Assembly (NCBI GenBank): GCA_964016885.1
Contig: OZ024762.1
Span: forward strand, 6,882,001 to 6,946,000
Length of the DNA: 64,000 nucleotides
Source: Eledone cirrhosa
Taxonomy: Eukaryota
Direction of reading: 5' to 3'
Under the pieces are notes generated by a model. That model did no database searches and was not told where the DNA came from. It saw only the letters and a list, made by a program, of their open reading frames with translations. This document shows, one piece after another, positions 14,401 through 28,111 of this stretch (positions are counted from its first letter, which is position 1; the number at the start of each line of letters is the position of its first letter). The position numbers were made by a program, and so were the translations under genes.

Positions 14401-16963
14401 ATAGGGTGGATTGAGTAGCTTGCACCTACCAAATACCAAATGTACTCACAAGGTATTGGTTGGTCCAAGGTAGAAGACATTTGCCCAATGAGCTGTAGAG
14501 TGGGATGAGACCCAAAACTATGTGACTGCAAAGTGAATTTGTTAATCACACAATCATGCCAGTGTCAACAGATCTTGTGCGACCTCCATCTCCCTTATAT
14601 ATATCCTCCTCTAACCCTCCACATTATGTCCAACATCCCCAACATCCATACCACCTTCTTCACCCAGTCCTTGCCCACCACCTCAGACATTCAATTCCCT
14701 GCAACTCCCCACTTCCTTCCCCACATTAAACACTACACCCAGCCCTTCCTGCTCCTACCCAGAAGTCCCCCTCAACACCACACTAACCACTGCACCCAAC
14801 TCTTCCTACCCAGAACTCCCAGCCCTCTAAACCACACTAACCACTGCACCCAGCTCTTCCTATCCAGAACTCCCAACACTCTCTCCTTTCACTCAACACT
14901 ACCACTCCACCCAGCTCTTCCTACCCAGAACTCCCAGCCCTCTGTAACTCCCTCTCTACACTACACTAACCACTGCACCCAGCACTTCCTGCTCCTGCTC
15001 AGAACTCTCATCCCTCTCTAACTCCTTCCCTGCCCCACATTAACGAGTGCAAGCAGCCCTTATCCCACTGTAACACTGTCCTTGCCCTACATTAACTATT
15101 TCACCCAGCCCTTCTTACTCAGAACTCTCAACCATATGTAACCTCCCCTCTCCTTGCTAATGTCTTTTGAAAAGGAGTCAACTTGCAACAGTTTAAGAAC
15201 ATCATGGGATGAGATACACCTGAGAAGGTTATGGGGATGTCCCTACCACCACAACATACATACACCTATGAAGGCTATGGGACTGTCCAACCATCCCTAC
15301 CACCACAACATACATACACCTATGAAGGCTATGGGACTGTCCAACCATCCCTACCACCATACATGCACCTGTGAAGGTTATGGGCACTGTCACTACCTCC
15401 ACAACATATAAATACCTCTGAAGACCATGGGGACTGTCCCTTCATCCACAACATACACACAAGTGAGGAAGTCTGGTGGTCTGGCAGGAGATGGGGGCTC
15501 TACAATGAAGTAGATCTAGTTTATTTCACCACTTTGTTTATGAGATAAGCATGAACACCACACAATCCTCATTCCCCTCCAGAGTTTAGGGTCTCGTGCT
15601 ATCCAAAGAACCGCATATGTATGTATTCCAACCAGGACTGGATTAAAACTAGCATGGGTCCCACCTGGCCAAAAATTTCATCAAGGAGGGGAGATTGAAG
15701 CCTTGTGTGTTAATTATGGCAGCAAAAAAATTAATTTGGGACCTTTAAATATTGTGGAGAGCCCCTTTAAGTATTAAGGGGGGGGGGGGGGGGCTTTAAA
15801 TATGGTGAGGAGGGGTGGCTTGGCAGCACATAGTCAGCTAAAAGTCTCGTCTATACTCTGTCACATGCCCAGAAGCTCAACAAGCCAGTGCTTATTCTGG
15901 TTTCTGTGGCATGAAGCAACTGACAGTAGACCCCCACTGGACAGGACACCAGTCCATCACAGGGTGGTGGTACTCATTTTTCAGCTGAATATACTGGAAC
16001 AATGTGAAATGAAATATTTCACTCAAGAAGACAACACAGTCTAGGAATCAAAACCATGACATTATGATTGTAAGTAAGTCCAGCACCTTCACCACTAGGC
16101 CACACGCCTAGTCAGCCCCAGTCTACTTAATCTACTACTGTTTCCAAATATAACAAATGAGTGTATTTAATATCTTTCCAGTTGTGTCCTGAGTGAGTGG
16201 GGATATGGAGGTCAATCTGATCAACTTCCTCACCCACCTCCCTTGTGCACAAGTCAGAAATCATAGGCTTCTGAGTTCATATCCTCCCGAGGTCAACTTT
16301 GTCATTCATCATTCTTCCGCTGTGAATAAGATAACGTATTAGTGAAGCACTGGATGGGGTGAGGTGGGCGCAATATGATCGACTTTACGCCACCCCTTCC
16401 AATTTCTGGACTTGTGTCTATGTTAGAAATAACAGGATAGCCTCGACTGTATGAGAAAGCAGTAGAGCGCCTAACAACGTGATTTGCTGGATATAGTTAT
16501 GGCCCTTTACAATCTGGGCTCAAATCCCGTTGAGCTTATCTTTGACTTTCATCCTCACGGGAGCGATAAAACAAGGTACTAATTACGCACTCACTGGGGT
16601 CGATTTAACCAACTTTCCCCTGCAAATTTTGTGACAAAAGTAGTAACAATTATTGTTGTTGTTATGTCATCTATAGAGCCCCCCCCCCCCCCCCCCCGAG
16701 GGATGAAAGGCGAAGTTCAACAACCGGCGAGGTTAACTTTGCCTTTCAACCTTCCGGGAACGATAAAATAAAGTACCAGTCACGTACTGAGGTCGGTTTA
16801 ATCGATTTACCGCTTCGTCCGAAATTGCTGACCTTGTGCCTAAATTAGAAACCATTATTGCTGTTGTTGCTATTGTAGATATTCTCGTATTGCCCTTCAT
16901 ATATTCCAACTTACATCGCAGAAATATGTTCATCTGCTAAACTGTGTCTGTATGTATATGTGG

Positions 16964-17001
<38 letters not shown>

Positions 17002-17759
17002 GGCATACATTTATCGGATGAAATGGAGAATGCTCATAAAACCTCACACTTTGCTAGAACGAAACGTTTATGGTGTAGAGATGGAAAAAATAAATAAATA
17101 TGCAGGGCGGAGGGGTAGTAAATAAATACATAAACAAACTAAAAATAGATTTCTAGGGAGAAGGGAAATTTGGGATATACTACACAACTGCTACTACACG
17201 AGCAACAGTTAGGCGGCAGTTTGTTTACAGCTGGCTCGTTACACTACTTACATTATATATATAAAGAAAAATAAGAAAATGAAACTAGTTGCATATGAAG
17301 CCGGCCTCATTACATAGATATGGCGTTTGATAATATATATATAGATAAAACATATATATATAAGCCAGATATAGATATTTATTAATCTAAAATACATCAT
17401 TGATTCTACAAAGCCACAAGTGTTGGTTTTAATTGAGATTATATATATTAACATATACATGGTTTCAGTTGGATTTCATGAAACTAGTATATATAAATTC
17501 TGTTTACATATCGAGCGATCATTCTTTTGTAATAAGAAATCACACACAAGTAACATTGTATATATATTTATATTTATGTCAACGTAATCTAAAATCCTGT
17601 ATATTATTATATCAAGTGCATATGCGGCTGCAAATGGATGTGTATCTATTATAGACATTTGTGAATATTTATATAGCTTTTAAAGTATATTTAAATATAG
17701 AAGAGTAGAGGAGAGAAGAAAAAAAACATGTATTTGGTCATATTTATACATAAACTTAC

Positions 17760-17972
17760 TTCTAATTTCACGTTGTACTGAAAGATAGTCTGCGCCTTGT
17801 GCCAGAGCTGAGCGAAGGCCGCACTCAAAGCAGTCATTTTCTGTCTACCATCACATGTAAGTTCATATTGCTCGGGATCTATTTCCCCTAACAACAAGTC
17901 GAGGTCAACAAAAGCCTTGTCGAAATCATTTTCCAAAATTTCCAACCAGCGAAATGACACATTGGCAGCCAT
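17760..17972 (-). CDS. GOPC: First coding exon of Golgi-associated PDZ and coiled-coil motif protein (GOPC/PIST/CAL)
   Basis: The translation [71 protein letters not shown] closely matches the GOPC N-terminus as I recall it ([29 protein letters not shown]...GRQKMTSLSSCFAQL.HKAQ). The ATG lies in an AAAC-AAAA context. The exon is 71 codons and ends at a phase-0 donor GAA|GTAAGT (GT at 17759-17758). Confidence 0.95.
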
Positions 17973-18737
17973 TTTTGTTTACGTTCGTGTAAAGCTAGCA
18001 GAATACTTCGAGTCGAGAAGATGCTTTCATAAACAACTCCGTGTCGCAGTTATTATACATTTAAACCTGAAAATATGAATATTGTTATTTTAGAAAAATA
18101 TAAATATATACATTATATTCATATAAACCATTTTACGAATACAAAAATAAATATATATATAAAGAGAATGAATTTATTTGAGGCGATAGAAAAAAAAACA
18201 TCACATTAAAACGAAATCAATTGATGTTACATCAACATAGCGATACAGCACAACCACTTATTGATTCTCTCATTCTAGCAGCAGCCGTGTCTAGTTAATA
18301 CGAGGAAGATATTATATAGATCGAGAGGTGTATATCTATTATACCATACAATAACGTTTTTTTTTAATTATATATATTTATATATATATATAATTTAAAA
18401 AAAAACGTAATTATATATATTTATATATATATATAGTAATAATTGTTTCTACTCTAGGCACAAGGCCAGCAATTACCCAGTGCATTACTGGTACTTTATT
18501 TTATCGACCCCGTAAGGATGAAAGGTAAAGTTAACCTCGGCGGGATTTGAACTCAGAATGGCAAGGGGCGTAACTCTATGCGTCAAAGCATGACGTCCGA
18601 CCCTCTACCGATACTGCCAATTCACCGCCTATAGTAATAATAATAATTGTTTCTACTTTAGGCACAAGGCCAGCAATTACCCAGTGCATTACTGGTACTA
18701 AACGTGAAGACTAAAATCCGAAGAGGGCTCGATAAGG

Positions 18738-18804
<67 letters not shown>

Positions 18805-19095
18805 TTGTGTATATATATATATAATTGTTTCTACTTTAGGCACAAGGCCAGCATTTTACAGTGCATTACTGGTACTTTATTTTATCGACCCCGTAAGGAT
18901 GAAAGGCAAAGTTAACCTCGGCGGGATTTGAACTCAGACTGTAAAGGGACGTAACTATGCTAGAAAGCATGGCGTCCAACCCTCTACCGATACTGCCAAT
19001 TCACCACCTTAGTTAACAATAAGTTAACAATTAGTTAACAATAAGTTAACGATAATAATAATAATAACAATAATAATACACACACACGATAGCAA

Positions 19096-19975
19096 TTAAC
19101 AGCGCTGCGATCGAATGTGGCTTTTTAGCTCAGCCAATGATCTAAAATGTCTTGCACAGAGTTGGCAACCAAAACATTCACTGGGAATAGCCGGCTGTGG
19201 TTGGAGTTCATGTACTAGTGCATGTCGTTTGAGCCCTCCTGCTGATTTACATTCTCCACCACATACTTGGCAAGCATGATGAGTAGCATCTCCAACAGCA
19301 GCCTGGTAGTCAACCACAGGTCTCACTTTATAACTGCGAAGATGACTTTCGAGTCCAGCTTTGCTTAAGCAGAGTCTCACACAGACGCTGCATGTCAGCA
19401 CCATAGGAGGACCTTCGCCGTCTGGAAATGCAACAGTAATGCTCTTCCTCACATCCCGCTTTACTTTCTCGTATGCGATTCGAGATGCCTCAAAGGCAAC
19501 TTTCCTCTCTTATACAGTCTTTCTCCATTTATTACGATCAGCAGCAATATTTTCCCATGTATCAGCAGAGATGTTAGCGTCTTTCAAAGAATCCTTATAC
19601 CTCTCTTTTGGTTTATATGGAGGTCGTTTTCCTTTAACTAACTCTCCATAAAAGAGTTGTTTTGGTATTCTAGAATCCTTCATCCTGGCAAGGTGATCTC
19701 TCCAACGGAGTCTTTGCTTAAGCACAAGAGCTTCTATACTGTCACACAGAGAGTTTTCCAAAATCTCGACATCACTGATGTGGTCCCTCCAGTGAACGCC
19801 ATGGATCCGTCTGAGACACATCTGATGGAAACGCTCTAATTGCTTAAGGTGGTGTCGATATGTGACCCAGGTTTCGCAGGTATAAAGAAGAGGATAGAGC
19901 ACACATGCCTTGTACACCTTTACCTTTGTCTTCTTGCAGATGTCTCGCCGACCCCAGAGTTGCCTTTCTAGCTTT
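19096..19975 (-). mobile_element. RTE (BovB-like) LINE 3' fragment with three C-terminal C2H2-type zinc fingers; one in-frame stop
   Basis: Translation VYKACVL..LLY.CETW...LERFHQ.CLRRI...LRW.DHL.RM...RIPKQLFYGEL, followed by CSVC..HLRS, CQVC..H...H and CQLC..HIRS. Confidence 0.85.
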
Positions 19976-20106
19976 CTGAAATGTATAATTGCAGATGAAT
20001 CGAGTATTATTAATATTTGAAAAACTCAGATTACATTTATTGTATTCAGCCATGTAGAGCGATAACTTTTTGTTAGTTATATATATATATGTATGTATAT
20101 ATATAT

Positions 20107-20441
20107 GGAGGCACATGGCTTAGTGGTTAGAGCATTGGCCTTGCAATCGAAAAGGTTGTGAGTTCAATTCTCAGACCGAGTGATGTGTTGTTTCCTTGAG
20201 CAAGACATTTAATTTCACATTGCTCCAGTTTACTCAGCTGTAGAAATGAGATGATAGGGACTGAGGTCCCTATCATTCCACTGCAAAGTGGTTGTGTAGG
20301 TGCCACGGCAAAAAAGCACCCAGCACTCACTGTAAATGAGGTTGGTGTTAGGAAGGGCATCCAGCTGTAGAAATCAAGCCAGAATCAGTTCCCGTCCCAC
20401 CCTTGCAAGCAGGGAAAAGTGGACGTAAAATGATGATGATG
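20107..20441 (+). mobile_element. tRNA-derived SINE with CORE-like segment and RTE-type (GAT)n tail
   Basis: A box TGGCTTAGTGG, B box GAGTTCAATTC, CORE-like TCCTTGAGCAAGACA, and tail GGACGTAAAATGATGATGAT. Confidence 0.85.
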
Positions 20442-21043
20442 ATATGTGTGTACGTATGCATACTAACATTTATGTATCTTCTATGCTTGAGCGAGAAATA
20501 ATTTTATTCTTAATTTTCAGCAAGGCCAGCCATAAAATCGCTCAATATACATATGAGGCTAATCAGCTTATGTATAGTTTAGAAAATACTATTTATTTCC
20601 AACTGTTCATCAGAGTGGCATAGAGGTATACAGCCATGATGAAAGGTAATGTCTCAGAAACATGTTGATTGTTCCTTGATGCTACTGTTGAACAAACGGA
20701 TGACAATTGGTCACCAAGGCAATCTTGGTGTTTACCATTAGTAATAATTGTTTCTACTTTTGGCACAAGGCCAGAAATTACCCAGTACATTACTGGTACT
20801 TTATTTTATCGACTCCGTAAGGATGAAAGGCAAAGTTAACCTCGGCGTGATTTGAACTCAGAATGGCAAGGGCCGTAACTCTATGCGTCAAAGCATGGCG
20901 TCCGATCCTCTACCGATACTGCCAATCCACCAATAAAGGTTTAGATCGATATCCAGTGATTTTGATCTCGTTTATAATTTACTCAACTAATTCATTTGGA
21001 GCACATTCATAGGATTAATTGTAAGACAACATTCTGAGCCATA

Positions 21044-21079
<36 letters not shown>

Positions 21080-21246
21080 CATGTAACCCAGTATTTAGAA
21101 TAGATACACTGTAGCCCTGTATATTTTAAAAGGCAACAAAAATGATTGCCATCAGGAAAAGCTTCTGGCTACATCCAACCCATGCCAGGAAACGTGAACA
21201 TAAAAAGCCATTAAAACACACACACACAAACTGTTATATTTACTTT

Positions 21247-21432
21247 GCGGTGGATTGGCAGTATCGGTAGAGGGTCGGACGCCATGCTTTCCAGCATAGT
21301 TACGTCCCTTTACGATCTGAGTTCAAATCCCGCCGAGGTTGACTTTGCCTTTCATCCTTACGGGGGTCGATAAAATAAAGTACCAGTAATGCACTGGGTA
21401 ATTGCTGGCCTTGTGCCTAAAGTAGAAACAGT
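21247..21432 (+). mobile_element. Second tRNA-derived SINE family (MetaSINE-like central domain); copies at about 5460, 18440, 18822, 20745, 25378 and 39212
   Basis: B box GAGTTCAAATCC is followed by the conserved GCCTTTCATCCT..GGGGTCGATAAAATAAAGTACCAG and a (TAA)n-like tail. There are many copies in both orientations. Confidence 0.8.
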
Positions 21433-21599
21433 TATATTTACTTTGCATTTATAGTTAATTTCTTGGTGTTCGCTGCACTATTTCTGACGTGGTCTCTGAT
21501 AAACTTCTACTGCAACTCAGTTGCAATCAGTGCAATGGAAATGTTAACATCAAGTAATAAATGATGAATGTAGAGGGTGCATTGTTGTAAAATGGCAAA

Positions 21600-22390
21600 A
21601 ATGATTCTTCCATGATGTAATTGCCAGAATCTCAGATCAAGTCACTGACCAGTCATGAACCTTAGTGTTCAAAATTACTCCTCCCTGATGAAATTGTTTT
21701 AGTTTCAACACACAGTCACAGATCAAGTGTGACTATAATTTGAATGACTCTTCCATACAGTCATTGTTTTGATTTCAACACAGTGTCACAAATCAAGTCA
21801 TTTGCAAGATAAGTGTGACTATAATTTGAATGACTCTTCCATACTGTCATTGTTTTGATTTCAACACAGTGTCACAAATCAAGTCATTTGCAAGATAAGT
21901 GTGACTATAATTTGAATGACTCTTCCATACAGTCATTGTTTTGATTTCAACACAGTGTCACAAATCAAGTCATTTGCAAGATAAGTGTGACTATAATTTG
22001 AATGACTCTTCCATACAGTCATTGTTTTGATTTCAACACAGTCTTGGATCAAGTCATTTGTTAGACATGTAGAACTCTGGCTAAAATTAATCTTCCAAAC
22101 GTAATTGTTTCAAGACACAATCTCAGATCAAGCCACTGATCAAACAAGAACAACTGTAGCTAGAATGGCTCATCTCTGCAGTAGTTGCTTTAATTTGAAC
22201 ACACAGTCTCAGATTAGATAAGTACAACTGTAGCTAAAATGATCTTTTAAAATGTAATTGCTTTAGTTTTCATACACACTCTCAAATCAAGTGACTTGCC
22301 AGACAACTACAACTGTGGCTAAAATGACTCTTCCAAGATGTAATTGCTTTAGTTTCAACACAATCTTAGTTTATGTCACTTGCCAGACAT
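21600..22390. repeat. 86-bp tandem repeat (about 4 near-identical units at 21710-22060, with degenerate flanking units)
   Basis: GTGTGACTATAATTTGAATGACTC recurs at 21727, 21813, 21899 and 21985. Confidence 0.9.
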
Positions 22391-23131
22391 ATATACCTCC
22401 GAAATACATTTTATAAGAGAAATTCCTAAGGGTGCCATGTTTACCTGAAATCCAAAACTATTAATTCCACTTTATAATGTCAATGTGAAGAACGCCAACA
22501 TATGCCAAAATTTCCAAAAGGCGGTAAAATGCAGACCAAACTATATTAATGACAATTTTTTTCTTTTTCTTTGTTGGTTATATATATGTATATATATATA
22601 TATATATATACATACATGCATACATACATACTTCAATATATGAAAATAGGTATAATACTTGCAGAAAGAAAGAAGGGGTGTGCATTGTATGTGTCAGTGT
22701 TGCCGGAAGGATGTTGACATGTTGTGTTATATATATATTAAGGAATCTAACTATCTATAACATTCCTGATATTTCACATAGTGAGATAGGTTCTTCTCAA
22801 ACATCTTATGTAAGATTCTGAAGTGAAGAATTTTGCAAGTATTTCAGTCTTTCACTGTTTCAATTTCAACAAAATAATAAATTAAATGCAGGAAAATATA
22901 AATAGAAATAAGTTAAAGACGAGACAGAAAGCAAAGCAGCATACCGAATATACTCTTCATAGAAAATAACCTCAGGGTGTTTGGGTTTGTAAAGTAACCT
23001 TTACCTTTTGAAATATGCCAACATGCATCTATAAAGTACATGTTTTGGTAGGTACAGATATCAGACATATAGGAAGGTAGCTAAACATTCCAACAGTCTG
23101 ACATAGCATTGTAATACATTATACAGAAGGG

Positions 23132-23163
<32 letters not shown>

Positions 23164-23466
23164 CAGACATGTATATGTGTGTGTGTGTGTGTGTATATAT
23201 ATACATAAACATAAATATATATATATATATACACACATACATTCACACACACGCGCGCAGGCACACACACACACACACATTTATATATACATATATATAT
23301 ATATATATTTATAATATATATATATATATTTATATATATATACATACATGTATATATGTGTGTGTATGTATATACATAGATATAGACATATATACACACA
23401 CACATATATTCACACACACATATATATAGGTAGATATACATATATTCATAGATATTTATATATATA

Positions 23467-23498
<32 letters not shown>

Positions 23499-23916
23499 AT
23501 CGAGCAATGCATGCCTAAGATATATAAATGAAGGCAAATATCAAATCTGAGTTTAATATAAATCATTTTTATGAGAGACATGTAATATGTACCCTATGTA
23601 ATACATTATTTATTTTAAAAGTTCCATCATCTGGCTTATATATACACACATATATATATATATACGTTTATCCATACACACACACTCACGTACACATATA
23701 TATATGTGTGTGTATGTGTATATACACCAACATTTTATAAATGGAGATATCCACTTAGTTTTAACTAAACAAGATACTGAGAAGCTTGTTGGGATGTTAT
23801 TATTATTTATCATGCAGTTGAATCATGTGTAGAAAAAGCCTTTGGTCTTTCTTAATCTCTCTATATATATATTAAAATATAAGTATTAATAAAATAGATG
23901 TTCTTTTGATCAATTA

Positions 23917-23971
23917 CATTTTTTTATACATATTTCAGATGTACAACAGTACGTCCTCATCAGACAAAATA
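23917..23971 (-). ncRNA. Type I minimal hammerhead ribozyme (family B-like), slightly degenerate
   Basis: Minus strand reads TATTTTGT-CTGATGA-GGACGTAC-TGTT-GTACATCT-GAAA-TATGTATA-AAAAAATG. There is one mismatch each in helices I and II. Confidence 0.72.
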
Positions 23972-24699
23972 TAATGATACATGACATACTCTGAGATGTT
24001 AAATGGTTAAGATTTAATCAAGGTAGTGATTAAATATATTATTTATATATTTATATATATTTATATATATACCTGCTCTGGTTAAATAGCAATGGTCCTG
24101 CCTTGAGTATACTCCTGTAGATTGGAGTAGAAAGACTGGGAGAGGACACCTTGCCCTAGCGGACAGGGTGACCGTAACTTTTGTGGGATTTTTACACAAG
24201 TGACCCTTAGAATCTCCTCACCTTTGGGGAAGCTGTTATGTTTGTTTTAAATGTTTATTTTATAAATTTTATTTTACACAAAGAAAATCCCACACTATAT
24301 CCTCCTGTATTGTCTTTAATGTTTCCTTAATGTGAACCCTGGTTGGCTAATAAAGAAATCATTATTATTATTATTATTGTTATTATTATTATTTTAGATA
24401 CAAAGAGGGTATGCTTTCAGTATCGATAGGGTGTAGGACAACAAGGTTTGCAGCATATATATGGCCCCTTACGTTCTAAGTTCAAATACCACCGAAGTTC
24501 GCTTTGCCTTTCACCCTTACGGGGTTGATAAAATGAAGTACCAGTAATGGACTGGGGTCAATTTAATCGACTTTTCCCTTCCCCAAAAATTGTTGGTCAT
24601 GAGTCAAAAGTTGAACTAATTATTATTATAAAGGTTTTGAAGGGCAGTAGACTGGCAGTATTAGTAGAACATCAGACAACATCCTTTGCGGCATATAGT

Positions 24700-24830
24700 T
24701 ATGTTGATACCCTAAAGACAGACGCAGGTCTGTTGGAAACGCTGGACATGGCAGCGATGATGAGGGACAGAGATCGTTGGAGAGAACTTGTCCATGGATC
24801 TCGGGAATTTTACCTACCCTAGATAGATAG
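24700..24830 (+). mobile_element. Extreme 3' end of a LINE (same family as 28353-29587) inserted in a SINE
   Basis: Translation YVDTLKTDAGLLET.DMA.M.DRDRWRELVH.SREFYL* followed by an (ATAG)n tail. It matches the reverse complement of about 28340-28475. Confidence 0.75.
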
Positions 24831-25821
24831 TTATAGTTCTGAGTTCAAAATTATTAATTTAGATACAATCTATATAAAATTATATTGATCCATGTGTCTT
24901 TTCATTTTTAAGATTGACGGATGTAATTTGATGGCAATTTTGTGTTAGAATCTTTGTTAACTTATCTTCCAGGCACCAACTTAATAATGAGAAAGTTATC
25001 ATAGGAAAGTTATCTGGAGACTAAAAGTCTCCAGATTTTTCATATATATACACACATCATATATACACTATATATACACTATATATACACTATATATACA
25101 CTATGTAATGTTGTCCAAGGGAAAGGCAAAGGCTGATACAGCTTGATATTAATGGCATCACAGCTCAAATTTTTCAGTTGAGTGAACTGGTGCAAAGTGA
25201 AAGAAAGTGTTTTGCTCAAGGACATAATGCACACCACCTGGTACAGGAATCGAACTCACAACCTGAGGATTGTGAGCCCAACACTCTAATAACAACTAAG
25301 CCAAAGGAACCGGCCTCATAAACTAGGAATTGCAAGTTCAGGTATCATCAGAGGTAATTTATCCATATCATTAATTTGATTGGCAGTATTGGTAGAGTGT
25401 CGGGCGCCATGCTTTGAAGCATAGAGTTACCTCCCTTTATGATCTGAGTTCAAATCCCGCCGAGGTTAACTTTGCCTTTCATCCTTACGGGGTCGATAAA
25501 ATAAAGTACCAGTAATGCACTGGGATAATTGCTGGCCTGGTGCCAAAAGTAGAAACAATCATTAATTTGATTTTAAAATGTTTTAAATTTCATTTATAAT
25601 TGTTTTTTTTTAAAATTATTTTCAAAACTGTAGGCAGTAGCATCTTTGATTAGAAATAATGTATGGAAAGGGTGATGGGTATACAGGTAATGAGGAGGTA
25701 AAACAGGAAGGAAGGAGTAGACAAAATGAAAACAGGAACTGCAAAATAGAATCGTATCATGGCACAGGAAGTTTGAGCTATATAGGAACATGGAGGAACT
25801 GTAAACAGGAACTGTTGCATT

Positions 25822-25862
<41 letters not shown>

Positions 25863-25913
25863 TCACTCACACACACATATAAATATATTTATTTGTGTAT
25901 ATATATATATATT

Positions 25914-25944
<31 letters not shown>

Positions 25945-25955
25945 ATATATATATT

Positions 25956-26019
<64 letters not shown>

Positions 26020-26034
26020 TATATATTTATTGTG

Positions 26035-26071
<37 letters not shown>

Positions 26072-26118
26072 TCACTCTCACACACATATAAATATATTTA
26101 TTTATGTATATATATATT

Positions 26119-26229
<111 letters not shown>

Positions 26230-26266
26230 GCATATATATTTATGTGTATATATATATATATATATA

Positions 26267-26464
26267 TAGGAACCAGTAAGACCCCGACAGCTGAGCTCAA
26301 GCCGTTTCGACGGCTAATTCTGGACGTCCAGAATTAGCCGTCGAAACGGCTTGAGCTCAGCTGTCGGGGTCTTACTGGTTCCTATTACCCACTCTACTAC
26401 CTCAAGTATTGAGTACTTTGGTGCGTTATGGTCCACCTGGTTCCTTACCACATTTCCTTCGTTA
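26267..26464. mobile_element. Family A fold-back element with a perfect palindrome of about 120 bp centred on 26325/26326
   Basis: Reads ...GGCTAATTCTGGAC|GTCCAGAATTAGCC... and is flanked by TA repeats on both sides. Confidence 0.8.
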
Positions 26465-26506
26465 TATATATATATATATATATATGCATATATATTTATT
26501 GTGTGA

Positions 26507-26537
<31 letters not shown>

Positions 26538-26618
26538 TATATGCATATATATATACATATATATATAAATACACACACACACATTTATATATATATAAAC
26601 ACACACACACACGTGCAT

Positions 26619-26666
<48 letters not shown>

Positions 26667-27157
26667 CCAAAACAGGAACTATGAAATAGAATCATGATTA
26701 TGGCAGCACAAGAAATTGATTGAATGTTTTTTTTGTTTGATTGTTTGTTATTTTTTCGTTTTTTGTTTGTTTGTTTTCTTTATCTTGAGAATTAAATGAC
26801 TTGCTCATGTAGAGAATTAGATTTAGATATTGAGAGGGAGCAGAATGTTACCTTTATAGGGTTTAATTAAAGTAGGTTCTCTCTCTACATCTCCGGTAGT
26901 CTCTCTTTCTCTGTCTATTTGGCTGTTTGTCTTATTCTTTTTCTTCTTCTACTTCTTCTTCTCCTCCTCCTTCTTCTTATTCTTCTTCTGCTTCTTCCTT
27001 CTTCTCCTCCCCCTCCTCCTACTTATTTTCTTCCATTTCTTCTCGCTCTCTCCCTTCCCCCTCCTTCAGTTACTTTTGCTCCTATGGAACATTAAACAAC
27101 AAGAAATCTCCAATCAGCATAATAGCCACAAGTCCTGTTAAGGGGCCTGCTCCTCCT

Positions 27158-27500
27158 AGTCAAGGCCAGTCTGGGCCATTCCGGGCCAGTCCGAGCCAGT
27201 CAAGGCCAGTCTGGCCCAGTCAAGGCCAATCAAGTTCAGTCAAGGCCAGTCTGGGCCAGTCAATGCCAGTCAAGGCCAGTCAAGGCCAGTCTGGGCCAGT
27301 CAATGCCAGTCAAGGCCAGTCTGGGTCAGTCAAGGCCAGTTAATGCCAGTCAAGGCCAGTCTGGGTCAGTCAAGGCCAGTCTGGCCCAGTCAAGGTCAGT
27401 CAATGCCAGTCTGGGCCAGTCAATGCCAGTCAAGGCCAGTCAAGGCCAGTCAAGGCCAGTCAAGGCCAGTCAAGGCCAGTCTGGACCAGTCCAAGCCAAG
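27158..27500. repeat. 10-bp minisatellite (CAGTCAAGGC / CAGTCTGGGC)
   Basis: Directly visible periodicity. Confidence 0.92.
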
Positions 27501-28111
27501 CCAATGTCTGTCAGGCCTTCTTCCACATACATTGAATAATCTGCCAGGTCTTAATTGATCTACGTTGCCTTTTACAGCCCTACATACCTCTCTGCTTCCT
27601 CTTCTAACTTCCATATGAGGGAGGCAGTTACAGGTCCCTTTGTTGGCATGTGTAACATATGGCCATACTGCAATAGTATCCCTTACATTGTCCAACCTAG
27701 TGGCCCTTTCTATGATCTCTTCATCAGTGATTTGGTTACTTGAATATAGTTTAAGGCAGCATCTGTGAAAGACACATGTCTTAACTTCTTTCACACCCAA
27801 CTGCCTGAAACTGCCCCTGAATCTTTGATACAAAACTGCTTGTCTTAATGTGTTTATATTTATCTAAACACCTTCCATCATAATTTTATATAAGAACTTT
27901 TGTTAAGTTATGTTCCAAACTGCCCCTGGTTCTAAGATACACAACTTTATTTTAAAGTGTTTATATATATATATCTAAAAACCATCCATCATAATTTATG
28001 TCATGACCTTTGTAAGTTATCTTCCAAACATTAGCTTAGCCCTTTTGACACCAAACTGTGGGAAATCACCCTTGGTTCTAAGATAGAAAACTGTTTACCT
28101 TAAAGTGTTTA

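Noticed and set aside
20107-20180. tRNA-like A and B boxes
   Set aside because: This is the head of a multi-copy SINE with no complete cloverleaf.
20590-20622. CTGATGA...GAAA on the minus strand (similar isolated CTGATGA at about 6631, 21685, 27720, 29685, 43131 and 62414)
   Set aside because: Helices I and II cannot be formed, so these are chance core matches.
21710-22060. Regularly spaced repeats resembling a CRISPR array (also 56455-56890)
   Set aside because: The units are contiguous with no unique spacers, the context is eukaryotic, and there are no cas genes.
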